Positions 15,800 to 29,388 of a stretch of 64,000 nucleotides of DNA are shown here, piece by piece. The notes beneath the pieces are model-generated. The model was not told the origin of the DNA. It saw only the letters and a program-made list of their open reading frames with translations, and did no database searches. A program made the position numbers and the translations under genes. Each line of letters begins with the position of its first letter. The first letter of the stretch is position 1. Source of the DNA: an uncultured Methanobacterium sp. (GTDB taxonomy: Archaea > Methanobacteriota > Methanobacteria > Methanobacteriales > Methanobacteriaceae). The stretch covers positions 16,104 through 80,103 of the forward strand of contig CAYUTW010000001.1 of assembly GCA_964447785.1 (NCBI GenBank), given 5' to 3'.

Positions 15800-16332
15800 A
15801 CTTTATTTACTCCTTATCTACATTGAATTGACATGTTATTACATGGACCAATTAAGTCCATTGGCCCATTTATCAAATTAAGGTTTAATCCCATTATTTA
15901 TTAAAAAAAGTCCACATTCACTTAAAGATTTTTTAACTATCATTTGGATTATTATAAGTTGATTTTTAAGTTGATTAATTTATTTATAAAAATTTTAATT
16001 TCTTTATTTTTAATTTATTTATGAATTTATGAAAATTTTTTGACTATTTAAATTACATATGATTTGAATATATGTGAATGTTATGTGAAGTTAATTTCCC
16101 TATAGTATTTTATTAGTATCATTTTATTTAATATAAAATGAATGTTAAAAGAGGAAAAGAACCATATGTTGGCTTATTCTTTTATTAAAAGTTTTAAATG
16201 TCCTTTTTTACCCATGTGCACTGATTCAGGTTTTAAAGTCTTTTAAGGATGGTAAAATATATCTGCTTCAATTTATAAATAAAGTGTTAAATATCAGTAA
16301 GTTTGTCAAATATTAAGTTTAGGAGGTTGGAA

Positions 16333-16653
16333 ATGTCCAAAAAACTACCAAAACATTACAAGAGCATTAGAGAAAGATTCCCTGATTACGGTGCTGCACT
16401 GGGTAACTTGGGAGAATCTGTTCGAAACGCAGGTCCTCTTGACGAAAAAAATGTACAACTTATACAATTAGCAGCAGCGGCTGCAATTAGATCAGAAGGA
16501 GGAGTTCACAGTCATGCTAGACGGGCTCTTGAAAATGGAGCATCCGAAGAAGAGGTTTACCAGGCTGTGATTCTGCTTACAAGCACTATAGGCTTTCCCA
16601 ATGTGGCAGCATCCATATCCTGGATCGATGATATTGTAGAAGGAAAATATTAA
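16333..16653 (+). CDS. Carboxymuconolactone decarboxylase (CMD/AhpD) family protein
   Basis: GPLDEK..QLI.LA...SH.RRAL.NGAS.EE pattern. ATG at 16333 follows AGGAGG. Confidence 0.85.
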   Translation: MSKKLPKHYKSIRERFPDYGAALGNLGESVRNAGPLDEKNVQLIQLAAAAAIRSEGGVHSHARRALENGASEEEVYQAVILLTSTIGFPNVAASISWIDDIVEGKY

Positions 16654-16691
16654 AGTCCAGTGTTCTTCTATTCTTTTTTTTGAGGTTCATT

Positions 16692-17432
16692 ATGAGCAAA
16701 ATGTTTGAAAAAACCAGTATTATTAAGGTCAACCATGATGCACAGGAGGTAGAAGACCTAGTGGCCCGAGATACCAAAATGGAACTGGTGGTTAACGGGA
16801 AAAAACTGGGTATGTTTTATTTAAGTCCAGATGATCTGGAAGACTTCACATTAGGTTATTTGCTTGATGAAAGGTATATTAAATCTCAGAATGATGTTAC
16901 TGAAATAAAAATTGAATTAAAATCCATTAAAGTTATCCTTAAAGGATATAAAAATTCAGAGAATGATGATCTGGCATGTTATGATGGATGGTTCCATCGG
17001 GATCAGCCCATACCCCCAGTAAAAGCCGAACTTCAGGTTAAAAGTGACAGGATTCTCCATGCCTACGATCACTTAATTGAAAAGGCAGACGTGTGGTCAA
17101 AAACAGGTGGAACCCATGTTGCCGCACTGGTGGATGAAAACCATTTCATTGTCAGGGAAGATGTAAGCAGACACGTTGCTGTGGATAAGGTTATTGGTGC
17201 CGGTTTAAAGAAAAAATTAAACTTTTCAAAATGTTTCCTTGTTTGCAGCGGCAGAATACCTCCAGATCGTGTGGTTAAACTGGCCAATGTTGGAATACCA
17301 ATTATGGTAACCAAAGCTGCCCCAACAGTAGAGGGACTTAGAATAGGAGATGAAGCAGGAATTACCCTGGTAGGCTTCCTTAGAAATGGTAGATTTAATA
17401 TTTACACCCATCCTTATAGAATAATCATTTAA
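16692..17432 (+). CDS. fdhD: Formate dehydrogenase accessory sulfurtransferase FdhD
   Basis: [45 protein letters not shown]; next to the fdh genes. Confidence 0.93.
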   Translation: MSKMFEKTSIIKVNHDAQEVEDLVARDTKMELVVNGKKLGMFYLSPDDLEDFTLGYLLDERYIKSQNDVTEIKIELKSIKVILKGYKNSENDDLACYDGWFHRDQPIPPVKAELQVKSDRILHAYDHLIEKADVWSKTGGTHVAALVDENHFIVREDVSRHVAVDKVIGAGLKKKLNFSKCFLVCSGRIPPDRVVKLANVGIPIMVTKAAPTVEGLRIGDEAGITLVGFLRNGRFNIYTHPYRIII

Positions 17433-17535
17433 TAAGAAATAATTCAAAAGAATTATAAAAAAATAAGATTTAAAGAAGAATTTAAAAAAAGGATTATGGA
17501 TGAAATAGCAAAATATAATCGTCAAAAAACGTGTT

Positions 17536-18129
17536 TCATTCAATGACTGTATGCCTTGCTTTCATATCCTCTTCTGTTTTTCCCATTTCCACCATTAACT
17601 GGGCTATTAATCCATCAAGGAATATGAGACTGGTTACCTCAAAAAGAGTTCCCATTGGGGATAAAGACTGGTGTTTCCCGTTCATCTGACGGGTTATATA
17701 ATTTTTTTCTGAATCGATTTTTGTACGTCCTTTTATATGGACCACCATATCTGCCATCTCTCCCAGTGTGGATTCCACGTAGGAAGTGACTGCAATTATG
17801 TTAGTACCCCGTTTATGGGCAATTTTAGCAGCACTAATAATACTAAAGGTTTCACCTGAGCCTGAAATTGCTAAAAGACAATCCTCACTGGTTAAAGCCG
17901 GTGTGGTAGTCTCTCCCACCACATAGACACTTATGCCCAAGTGCATGAGACGCATGGCAAAGGCTCTGGCAACCAAACCAGAGCGCCCCAGTCCCATTAC
18001 AAAAACGTTTTTAGATGATCTTAACATCGCAGTCATGTCTTCAATGTTCTTTGGGTCAAGTTCTCCTGAAACAGAGCGCACATTATCCACTATTTCTTGT
18101 ATAGCCTCGTTTAAAATCAATTGTTTCAC
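17536..18129 (-). CDS. hxlB: 6-phospho-3-hexuloisomerase (SIS domain)
   Basis: [37 protein letters not shown]. Confidence 0.93.
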   Translation of the reverse strand: MKQLILNEAIQEIVDNVRSVSGELDPKNIEDMTAMLRSSKNVFVMGLGRSGLVARAFAMRLMHLGISVYVVGETTTPALTSEDCLLAISGSGETFSIISAAKIAHKRGTNIIAVTSYVESTLGEMADMVVHIKGRTKIDSEKNYITRQMNGKHQSLSPMGTLFEVTSLIFLDGLIAQLMVEMGKTEEDMKARHTVIE

Positions 18130-18271
18130 CGTTACACGTTATCTCGTGGTTTATATCTATCTAATTTGATATATATAATTCATATACCAAGGACCTAAGT
18201 ATTAAATTTAAAGACGAAATTATCCCATATACATCATAGGATGCATCATCAGAATTTTAAAATGGAGAACT

Positions 18272-19147
18272 ATGAAGTTTAATCCAACCTTAAACCTTGA
18301 AATTAATGATGAAAAATATAGTTACCGACTTTTTGAGGCTTTAGAGAAGATATCCAAAACATGGTCTCAAAGAGAGGCTGCCAAACAATTAGAAATTTCT
18401 CATGCAGTTTTGAATCGTAGAATTAGGGATTCAGAAGGCAAATTAGGGTTTAAACTAGTATTAACCACCGGTGCCGGATCTGAACTCACCCCCCAAGGTA
18501 GGTCTCTTTTAAGGAAATACCAACAATACCTGAAACGTCTTCAAGAACGAGACCGGCCTGTTATTTGCGGAGGCCCAATATCAACTGGTTTGATGGATGT
18601 TTTATCACATCATTACGGTTTAGATACTACTATTATCAGTACAGATGATTTAAGCGCCCTGGAAATGGCTGAAATGGGTTTAGTAGATATCCTTGTTTTG
18701 GATGATCCAGTGCATGCATTCATGCATGACCTTGATTTTGTGCCCATAGCCAGGGACCATCTTTTACTTGTTTCCAACTCCCAGGAGGAAGTAGAAAGTG
18801 TGCAGGAGCTACAAGGTGAAAAATTTGTTGAAATCATTAATTCATCTCAAAGACTTGCCTGGAATACTTTAGACCAGTTACGGATTGATTATGAAATTGT
18901 TGAAGTGTGTAACTCCCCTGAAACTGCACTTAAAATGGTTAATGCCCGTGATGATCTTAATACCTTCCTGAACAGCAGCTTTGCATCAGGGATTGTTTCT
19001 GGATCTGCTTTGTTTACCGACGATACCATGCACATCATAAGCATGGTTCTCTGGAACACTGATTCCCAGCTGGAGGCTTTTTCTCAGTTCATACAGGGAA
19101 GGGGTCAAAATATAATTCAAGAATGGGGTTTTGAAACAATCCAGTGA
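18272..19147 (+). CDS. LysR/ModE-type HTH transcriptional regulator with substrate-binding domain
   Basis: N-terminal HTH ([25 protein letters not shown]), LTPQG. Confidence 0.75.
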   Translation: MKFNPTLNLEINDEKYSYRLFEALEKISKTWSQREAAKQLEISHAVLNRRIRDSEGKLGFKLVLTTGAGSELTPQGRSLLRKYQQYLKRLQERDRPVICGGPISTGLMDVLSHHYGLDTTIISTDDLSALEMAEMGLVDILVLDDPVHAFMHDLDFVPIARDHLLLVSNSQEEVESVQELQGEKFVEIINSSQRLAWNTLDQLRIDYEIVEVCNSPETALKMVNARDDLNTFLNSSFASGIVSGSALFTDDTMHIISMVLWNTDSQLEAFSQFIQGRGQNIIQEWGFETIQ

Positions 19148-19262
19148 GTTTAATCCGTTTAAACATGTTTTAATCCATATAGTACGGATTAGAGAGTTTA
19201 AAACAATATTAATCATAACAATTTAGTTAATTTTAAATAATCCTAAAATAGAAATAAGGCAG

Positions 19263-20177
19263 GTGATTGTTCTGAGGGAAAAAAGAGATTTACTGGCTAT
19301 TGGACATGCAGCACTGGACTATATAATTCAAGTTAATGAATTTCCCCTGCCTAATTCTGCTACTACTATAAACAAGATGCGAACTTTTCATGGAGGAGCT
19401 GCAGCAAACGTTGCAGTAGTCGCAGCATCTTTAGGTTTAAAATCTTCCCTTGTATCTGCAGTTGGAGGAGAATTTAAGGGATCAGATTATCAAAAACACC
19501 TAGAAAAACATGACATCGATATTCAAGACATGATAGTAATTGAAGAAGATAAAACACCCAGTGCATTTGTTCTAACTGACAATAACCATGACCAGATATT
19601 TTACTTTTACTGGGGAGCTGCAACCCGTTTCAAGAAATCTGAAGTCCCTTATAATGCTATAAAAAATGTTCAGGCAGTACACCTAGCCACTGGGGATCCT
19701 TCCTTCAACTGGCAGTGTGGGAAATTCGCCAGGGAAGAGGGCAAAACCATATCTTTCGATCCTGGACAGGACCTGCACATGTACTCCTCCCATGACTTAC
19801 GGGAAGTTTTGAAGGTTTCAGATATCCTATTTGGAAACCATCACGAAATACACCGTATTCTGGAAAATTTAAATATGAATGTGGAGGAATTAAGACAATT
19901 CGGACCTTCCATCGTGGTTGAAACCAGAGGGAGGGAGGGTAGTGTTATTTACTCTGACGAAACCATAAAGGTGGATGCATTTGAGCGAGACCCCGTGGAT
20001 CCCACTGGTGCAGGGGATTCTTATCGCGCCGGGTTCCTTAAATCATACTTAGAAGGAAAATCACTGGAATATTGTGGTAAATTAGCTTCAGCTGTTTCTT
20101 CATTTGTGGTGGAAGCAGAAGGCTGCCAGACCAACGTTCCTAACCTTAAAATGGTCCACGAGAGAATGAAGGAATAA
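19263..20177 (+). CDS. PfkB-family carbohydrate/nucleoside kinase
   Basis: [28 protein letters not shown] anion-hole motif. Confidence 0.9.
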   Translation: MIVLREKRDLLAIGHAALDYIIQVNEFPLPNSATTINKMRTFHGGAAANVAVVAASLGLKSSLVSAVGGEFKGSDYQKHLEKHDIDIQDMIVIEEDKTPSAFVLTDNNHDQIFYFYWGAATRFKKSEVPYNAIKNVQAVHLATGDPSFNWQCGKFAREEGKTISFDPGQDLHMYSSHDLREVLKVSDILFGNHHEIHRILENLNMNVEELRQFGPSIVVETRGREGSVIYSDETIKVDAFERDPVDPTGAGDSYRAGFLKSYLEGKSLEYCGKLASAVSSFVVEAEGCQTNVPNLKMVHERMKE

Positions 20178-20301
20178 AAAGTAATTTATTATCCACTTTC
20201 AATTTTTTTAATAATTCAATCAGTTGAAATAACCCCAAGAGACTAAAACCATATCTATTTTTATGGGGAATATAAAATCAAATTAAGATTACTATCAATT
20301 A

Positions 20302-20345
20302 TTTAGTAGGGGTATTATGCAACTAAAAAGAAGACCCCCACTAAA
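20302..20345 (+). promoter_or_regulatory. 12-bp inverted repeat with 20-nt loop in the thiC leader
   Basis: tttagtaggggt (20302-20313) pairs with acccccactaaa (20334-20345), one mismatch. Confidence 0.45.
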
Positions 20346-20369
20346 CTAGTTTACAATAGTTAAGCTGAT

Positions 20370-21679
<1,310 letters not shown>

Positions 21680-21687
21680 CATTCATC

Positions 21688-21736
21688 CCCCATTTTTTTA
21701 TTTATTTTCATAAAATAAATCCCCATTTTTTTATTT
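21688..21736 (+). terminator. Duplicated oligo-T terminator-like element (CCCCATTTTTTTATTT x2) after thiC
   Basis: Identical 16-mers at 21688-21703 and 21721-21736; archaeal terminators are T-tracts. Confidence 0.5.
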
Positions 21737-21756
21737 TTATACAGAAGGTGAATTGA

Positions 21757-23331
<1,575 letters not shown>

Positions 23332-23470
23332 AACATTATTTTAAGCCTGAATCATTTTATGTATTCTGAATATGATTTGAGCTCGTTTTTAAAGCTCGCT
23401 CAAACATTTCATAATCCAGTTTTGAGGATAGATTAATTGTTATAACTTTATAAGTGGGAGGATTGTTTTT

Positions 23471-23989
23471 TTGAGGGTTAAACTCACCGAACGAAAGGTT
23501 CTCAGTCCACTGGGAGAAGTTAAAGAAAAAGGAATAAAGTTGAATCCCCTTCCTTACGACTTTGAAACAGTTTCACTGGTGGACAACACCAAACCCGGAG
23601 CAGATATTATCCTTAAAGTCCTTGCAGAGTCCCTGGGTAACCGGGAATTTTTATGGGTGAGGAAACCAGCAGGAGCACCAGGAACCCATCAGCAACTTCA
23701 AAAAGCAGCTTCTTCTGACATTACCATTCTGGCCCTGGGAGACTGTGGTTCTTGCACCAGCTGGGTTATCTTAGATGCAATCCGACTGGAAAAGGAGGGA
23801 ACACCCACCATATCCATCTGTTCTGATCATTTCGCACCCTTCGCCAGACAACTGGCAGAATCCCATGGAATGAGAGACCTAAGAATCCTGGAAGTAGAAC
23901 ATCCCATAGCTGGACTTAAAAATGACGAAATAAAAAATAAAGCTATTAAAATAGTTAAAACCCTACTTTACATTTTACAAATACCTTAA
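23471..23989 (+). CDS. UGSC-family protein, cysteine form (thioredoxin-like, D-C-G-S-C)
   Basis: LVDNTKP...GDCGSCTSW...LEKEG.PT...HPIA pattern; the Cys codon is TGT, not TGA. Confidence 0.7.
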   Translation: MRVKLTERKVLSPLGEVKEKGIKLNPLPYDFETVSLVDNTKPGADIILKVLAESLGNREFLWVRKPAGAPGTHQQLQKAASSDITILALGDCGSCTSWVILDAIRLEKEGTPTISICSDHFAPFARQLAESHGMRDLRILEVEHPIAGLKNDEIKNKAIKIVKTLLYILQIP

Positions 23990-24081
23990 AGTTTGTAATA
24001 TAGCTTAATATGACCACATAATCAAATTCAATGCACACATTGTGATTTAAATTCCATTATAAACACTCATAATGATCAATT

Positions 24082-25251
24082 ATGGCTAAAAAAGATACAA
24101 TAAAAATCGATGAAAACTCCTGTGGCTGTTTGATAGATGATTTATTAAGCGAGAAATCTGATTCTGCAGAGAATAATAAATCAAAGATAATTAAAAAAGA
24201 TAGTCACCTTTGCAATGCCCAAGATAATGATATGGAGTTTTTTATAGACCCCGACCCCGAAAAGGTTAGTCATGATTTTTATCAACGCAGGTTAACCGAT
24301 GGGTTACCAATAATACCCCCCACCAGGGAAAGGGTGAATCGTTTCCTTAACCAAACCAATCACAATCCTGATGATGTTATATGTGTTCTTCCCCCTAAAA
24401 TGGGTCATGCCACTTGTGAAAAGATTGCAATTAACTCAGTTATGGCCGGATGCCTCCCTGAATTTCAGCCAACCATTGAACACACGATGAAGGCCCTATC
24501 TCAGGAAAAATTTAACCTGGCAGGCGTTAATGCAACAACCCACCCCGTATCTATCTGCACTATTATAAACGGCCCTTTATCCAGTGAATTGGGAGTGAAC
24601 CGTGGGACGGGATGTTTAGGTCCTGGAAACATTGCCAACGCCTCAATTGGAAGGGCGATCCGATTATGTCTTATTAATATTGCTGGCGCCATCCCTGGAG
24701 TTGGAGATCATGCCACCCATGGTTCTCCGGCTAAGTACAGTTTTTGTTTTGCTGAAAATGAAGATGAAAATCCCTGGGAACCTTTACACGTGGAAAGAGG
24801 TTTTAAGCCGGATGAGAGTACTGTGACAGTTATGGCTACAGAATCACCCCACAATGTCAATGACCATCGCAGCCAAACTGCAAAAGACCTCCTTGACACC
24901 ATAATTCACACCGCATCTACTGCAGGGTGTAACAACAGCCACGTACCTGGTGAAATCATGGTTATCATGAGTCCTGAGCACGCTGAAACCATTAACAGAG
25001 AAGAATGGTCAAAAAAGGACGTTCAAACATATATACATGAAAACTCACATGTATCATCTGTTCTTGGTGACCGTGGCGGCCGTAAACTGGATGAAAAACT
25101 GATAATTGACGGTAAGGTACATATAACTCGTTCTCCAGAAGATGTGATTTTAGTGGTAGCTGGAGGTCCTGGAAGGCACACCATGATCAGTCATGGTTTT
25201 GGTGGTGGATCCGAATCGGTAACCCTCAAAATAGACACTAAGAAATCATAG
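24082..25251 (+). CDS. Conserved hypothetical protein that accompanies UGSC-type genes
   Basis: [48 protein letters not shown] motifs; apparent operon with the upstream gene. Confidence 0.7.
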   Translation: MAKKDTIKIDENSCGCLIDDLLSEKSDSAENNKSKIIKKDSHLCNAQDNDMEFFIDPDPEKVSHDFYQRRLTDGLPIIPPTRERVNRFLNQTNHNPDDVICVLPPKMGHATCEKIAINSVMAGCLPEFQPTIEHTMKALSQEKFNLAGVNATTHPVSICTIINGPLSSELGVNRGTGCLGPGNIANASIGRAIRLCLINIAGAIPGVGDHATHGSPAKYSFCFAENEDENPWEPLHVERGFKPDESTVTVMATESPHNVNDHRSQTAKDLLDTIIHTASTAGCNNSHVPGEIMVIMSPEHAETINREEWSKKDVQTYIHENSHVSSVLGDRGGRKLDEKLIIDGKVHITRSPEDVILVVAGGPGRHTMISHGFGGGSESVTLKIDTKKS

Positions 25252-25326
25252 CTAAGTTAAATAAAAATAAAATAAAAAAATAGGTTATTTTAATTAAATA
25301 TGTTATTTCAATTTTTTTAAGCTAAT

Positions 25327-26178
25327 TTAATCCACATATTCTGGATCTACGGCCATTATATCTTTTTTATCCATGTAAAGATAGGTTAGAACCAGTGTGA
25401 AGTAGGGGAACATTATAGAATATACAATTAATCCCAATACAGCCGCTAAAATTGATCCTACAAAGGGGATTATGCTTAAAAAAGCATTAAAGAGGAACAT
25501 GACAGCCATAATGCATATCATAATTATGAAATTTATAACAAGCACTACGATTACATCAGATAGGTTCTCTCTAAACGTTTTATAGCTGTCTTTCAAGGAC
25601 CCTATAACCGATTTATCACATACAACTATGGATTGATTAGCAAATATGAATAAAAGAGTGCAAATCCATATTATCAAAGAGACTAACACTCCAATTATGG
25701 TTAAAATCGGGAAGAACCCATAGGCACGGTCTACTAAAAGTCCGGCAACCACTAAAAAAATGGGAACAACCATAATAATACCAATTATTATAGTGACTGC
25801 GATTATTTTAAGAAAATATTTATTTCCGTTTTTTAATCCGACTCCTAAATCAGGCATTTCACCATTTATTATACTTTTTGACATTCCAATTGTTGCTGCA
25901 CTCATATAACTGGAAACAATAAGGCCCACAATAGCTATGACCCCATATATAATTAGAATATACAGTATCATATTTGAGAAATCCATAGAACTAGGGTTAA
26001 ATGTACCAGAGGTAGTATTGGTCAAAAAATCGGTTCCCAACACTCCAAATATCAATATTAATACCATTATAATAGTGATTCCATAGATCAATATATAACC
26101 TAACAACGTGGGGAGAGCTAGCTTAGGGTTGTTTGTAAATCCCTTAAACGATCGCGAATAATAATCTCCAATATCCAT
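25327..26178 (-). CDS. Multi-pass membrane protein of unknown function
   Basis: About six long hydrophobic segments; ATG at 26178 follows GGAGGT. Confidence 0.7.
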   Translation of the reverse strand: MDIGDYYSRSFKGFTNNPKLALPTLLGYILIYGITIIMVLILIFGVLGTDFLTNTTSGTFNPSSMDFSNMILYILIIYGVIAIVGLIVSSYMSAATIGMSKSIINGEMPDLGVGLKNGNKYFLKIIAVTIIIGIIMVVPIFLVVAGLLVDRAYGFFPILTIIGVLVSLIIWICTLLFIFANQSIVVCDKSVIGSLKDSYKTFRENLSDVIVVLVINFIIMICIMAVMFLFNAFLSIIPFVGSILAAVLGLIVYSIMFPYFTLVLTYLYMDKKDIMAVDPEYVD

Positions 26179-26282
26179 AAAAATAACCTCCATTTCTTAA
26201 TATTAAAATAATTAATCATTACAACATATAAATTATTATGATATGAAAATTAAGGTTTAGAAAATCTAAAAAAGTTATGTAA

Positions 26283-26750
26283 TCAATCTGTGGAATAACC
26301 TACTCTCTCCAATTCAGCTTCCCATCTTTCCGGATTTTCTTCAATGTATTTTTCTAAAATTTCCCTGCATTCACTGATTCCAAGGACAACAACTTCAACC
26401 CCACTATCTTTTAAAAGTTTTTCTGGGCCTATTAATGTAGTATTCTCCCCAATAACCACGCGGGATATATTATAAAGCATTATTGTCCCTGAACACATAG
26501 TGCAGGGAGATAATGTAGTGTAAAGAGTTGATTTTTGGTAATCTACTCCTTTAAGGCGTCCGGCATTTTGTATGCAGTCCATTTCCCCATGCATAATAGG
26601 TGAATTATCCTGCAGGAGGCGGTTATGTCCACGGGCAACTATTAAACTATTTTCAACAAGAACAGCCCCAATGGGAATTCCTCCTTCAAGTAAACTAATT
26701 TTTGCTTCATTAAGTGCTTCGGCCATGAATTTGTGATCTTCTGAAGTCAT
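26283..26750 (-). CDS. Cytosine/nucleoside deaminase (CDA fold)
   Basis: GIPIGAVL, GHN, HGE, TTLSPCTMC zinc-binding motif. Confidence 0.88.
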   Translation of the reverse strand: MTSEDHKFMAEALNEAKISLLEGGIPIGAVLVENSLIVARGHNRLLQDNSPIMHGEMDCIQNAGRLKGVDYQKSTLYTTLSPCTMCSGTIMLYNISRVVIGENTTLIGPEKLLKDSGVEVVVLGISECREILEKYIEENPERWEAELERVGYSTD

Positions 26751-26813
26751 ATAATTCCCTGTTTTGGAAAAATTCTAAAAAAATAATAAATTAGGAAAAA
26801 AAAGAAAAAGGTT

Positions 26814-27317
26814 TTAAGTTGCTTTCAAACTGCCAAGTATCCTTTCCATAGAGGTAGTGTCACTAGAAGTTTTGGATCCATAAATTGCAAAGTATAATTT
26901 GTTAGTTTTAGTCCAAAACGCGATACTAGCATAATATCCTTCAGACAACTTGTTTGGTGTAGATAGCAAGGTAGCGCTGACACCATCAACAGTAATATTT
27001 TTTTCTGTTGTGAATCCTTGATTTTTATAAGTTTGGATCATTTGGCTTATCACTTGCTGAAGATCAGATTCTGAAAGAATACTTGTACTAACACTACCTA
27101 CTGCAAATCCTTCATCATCAGTTCCAACTGCTGCAATACCAGTAGCTCCCGATGGATTAGACATGAATTCTGTGGAATTTTCACTCCAAGTTCCAGGATA
27201 CTGGAAAGTTAAACCACCAACAGAGTATGTTTTGTTCGACGCCCATTGATCGCTGGTACAGCCAGAGGCCATTACCACCAACGAAACCACTGCCAAAATG
27301 TAGATCAACCTTTTCAT
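26814..27317 (-). CDS. Putative lipoprotein, PsbP-like
   Basis: Signal peptide with lipobox (VMASGC), FQYPGTW, ITVDG. Confidence 0.65.
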   Translation of the reverse strand: MKRLIYILAVVSLVVMASGCTSDQWASNKTYSVGGLTFQYPGTWSENSTEFMSNPSGATGIAAVGTDDEGFAVGSVSTSILSESDLQQVISQMIQTYKNQGFTTEKNITVDGVSATLLSTPNKLSEGYYASIAFWTKTNKLYFAIYGSKTSSDTTSMERILGSLKAT

Positions 27318-27413
27318 TACACTTCACCTCATTATAATTATCATAATTAATTATGTGATTAGTTATTTATAATAAACTCTATTCCTTTGCCATTGAGATA
27401 ATTCTCCTAGAAT

Positions 27414-28661
27414 TTATTTGATCTTTTCTAGACCGTCGTAAATTAAATTACATTCCAAACGGGTGGCAAACTTCAAAGCAGCCTCGTCCACCTTGAACTC
27501 AGGGTGGTGGTTGGGTTTAGCCTCTGAAAGAGGGCGATCACGTGGCGCAGTACCATAATACATGTAAAGACCAGGGACTTCTCGTGAAAAATATGAAAAA
27601 TCTTCGGATTTTGTTGAAGACAAATAATAAAGAACATTCTTAGCTTGGGCGACCCTTTCAACCGTGGGTAGCATGGTTTCATAGAATCCAACTTCATTGA
27701 TATTCATAGGATAATGCTGACCAAATATTACCTCAGCCTGGCAGCCATGCATCTCCGCTTTAAGCTCAGCTAACTCTTTAATACGAGTTATTAAAATTTC
27801 CCGATTATCCTTATCCAGTGAACGGACAGTAAGTCCCATTTCAGCCCCTTCAGGGATTATATTTACTTTGATCCCTCCCCAGAAGTAGCCCACAGTTATG
27901 ACCGCTGCACCCTTCTGAAGGTCCACCTCTCGACTAATTAGGGTTTGGAGTGAGTTGATTAGAGATGCCCCCGCAACAATAGGATCTTTACCACTCCAAG
28001 GTTGAGATCCATGGGCTTGTTCTCCCCATATACGTATAAAAATACTATCCTGACTGGCATGGGTGGGGCCTTCCCTTATCATGACTTGGCCAGGGTAGCA
28101 AGTGTTGTTGGCATGGAAGCCAAATATGGCCTGGACATCAGGTTTAGTGAGTGCCCCTTCATCTATCATACGCAGAGCCCCCCCATCTGTGCCTGTTGGG
28201 GCACCTTCCTCTGCTGGTTGGAAAAGAAAGACAACATCACCAGGTAACTCCTCCCGAAGTTGGCTTAGAATTGTTGCTGTGCCAATGGCAGCAGTGGTGC
28301 TGGCATCATGCCCACACATGTGCGCCACGTATGTTTCCTGACCATTATAATCTGTTTTAACATTAGAAGCATAAGGAAGACCTGTTTCCTCTTTAATTGG
28401 TAAAGCATCAATATCAGCACGCATAGCAATAGTGGGTCCTGGTTTTCCACCTCTAAGAACTGCTTTTATACCTGTCTTGGCAATAGGAATGATTTCAAAA
28501 CCTTGGAGCTTTTTCAGATGCTTTTTGATGTATTGACTGGTTTTAAACTCTTGATAGGCTAGTTCTGGGTGTTGATGGAGCCAACGGAAGATTTCTATTT
28601 GTTGAGATTTAAAATCATTAACCATTTGATCTATTGACTTGTAAATTGCCTCGTGAGTCAT
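27414..28661 (-). CDS. M20 family amidohydrolase (Acy1/HipO-like)
   Basis: HQHPEL, RADIDALP, CGHD, FQPAEEG, SEDFS, NHHP.F. Confidence 0.9.
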   Translation of the reverse strand: MTHEAIYKSIDQMVNDFKSQQIEIFRWLHQHPELAYQEFKTSQYIKKHLKKLQGFEIIPIAKTGIKAVLRGGKPGPTIAMRADIDALPIKEETGLPYASNVKTDYNGQETYVAHMCGHDASTTAAIGTATILSQLREELPGDVVFLFQPAEEGAPTGTDGGALRMIDEGALTKPDVQAIFGFHANNTCYPGQVMIREGPTHASQDSIFIRIWGEQAHGSQPWSGKDPIVAGASLINSLQTLISREVDLQKGAAVITVGYFWGGIKVNIIPEGAEMGLTVRSLDKDNREILITRIKELAELKAEMHGCQAEVIFGQHYPMNINEVGFYETMLPTVERVAQAKNVLYYLSSTKSEDFSYFSREVPGLYMYYGTAPRDRPLSEAKPNHHPEFKVDEAALKFATRLECNLIYDGLEKIK

Positions 28662-28941
28662 GAATATCACTCCCTATGCTCGATCAACCTTTAAAATTCT
28701 ATTTCCAACCTATTTTTCTGTTATTTATCCTATTAATAATTTTAATAGTAGGATAATAAAGTTATTTTTACCATTTATTACCAATTTAAGGGGGTTTTGA
28801 TGCAATTTAGGTTATGAATAGGAACCAATTTATTCTATCTACCATCAAAGACCGATTTTTCTATTTTAGTGAATGTTTTCACGAAGTAAATGGTAAATAA
28901 TATGACTCTGTGAAAATAATTATCATTGGGAGGTGAAATAT

Positions 28942-29310
28942 TTGGATAAAAAAATAATTGCACTAATTATAGTTGTGATAGTAGGTGTAGTGGGAGCGGG
29001 ATTATGGTATTCTATGCAGTCTACACCCTCAATAAAAACCGTAAACAACAGCAGCAGCTTAAATCTTAATACTAATTCTAACACACACAAAAATACAACC
29101 AATACTACTAATAGTACCAATATTACTGCGGCTAAAGCCAAAGAACTAGCAGGACAATACGTGGGAATGGGTGTTGAACTGGAAACCCCTACTTTAACAA
29201 CATATAAAGGTGTTCAGGTTTGGAAAGTGCCTGTGTATACTTACTCACCCAGTAAAACCTATTTAGATCCCATATACATAAACGCCAAAAACGGACAGCG
29301 GGTGACATAA
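28942..29310 (+). CDS. Membrane-anchored or secreted PepSY-like protein with Asn/Thr-rich linker
   Basis: N-terminal TM helix, N/T-rich linker, ITAAKA...W.V...IYINAKNG. TTG start follows GGAGGTGA (alternative GTG at 28933). Confidence 0.65.
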   Translation: MDKKIIALIIVVIVGVVGAGLWYSMQSTPSIKTVNNSSSLNLNTNSNTHKNTTNTTNSTNITAAKAKELAGQYVGMGVELETPTLTTYKGVQVWKVPVYTYSPSKTYLDPIYINAKNGQRVT

Positions 29311-29388
29311 GCCACCCATAATCTCTTTTTTTAGATTTAACTTAGATCAGATTCAGATTCATAAAAAAACAAAAAAATGGACGTTAAA

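Noticed and set aside
15800..16330. Hidden NuoE/HydC gene or RNA gene in the AT-rich gap
   Set aside because: No ORF of suitable length or Cys pattern and no GC-rich structured segment; consistent with a divergent promoter region.
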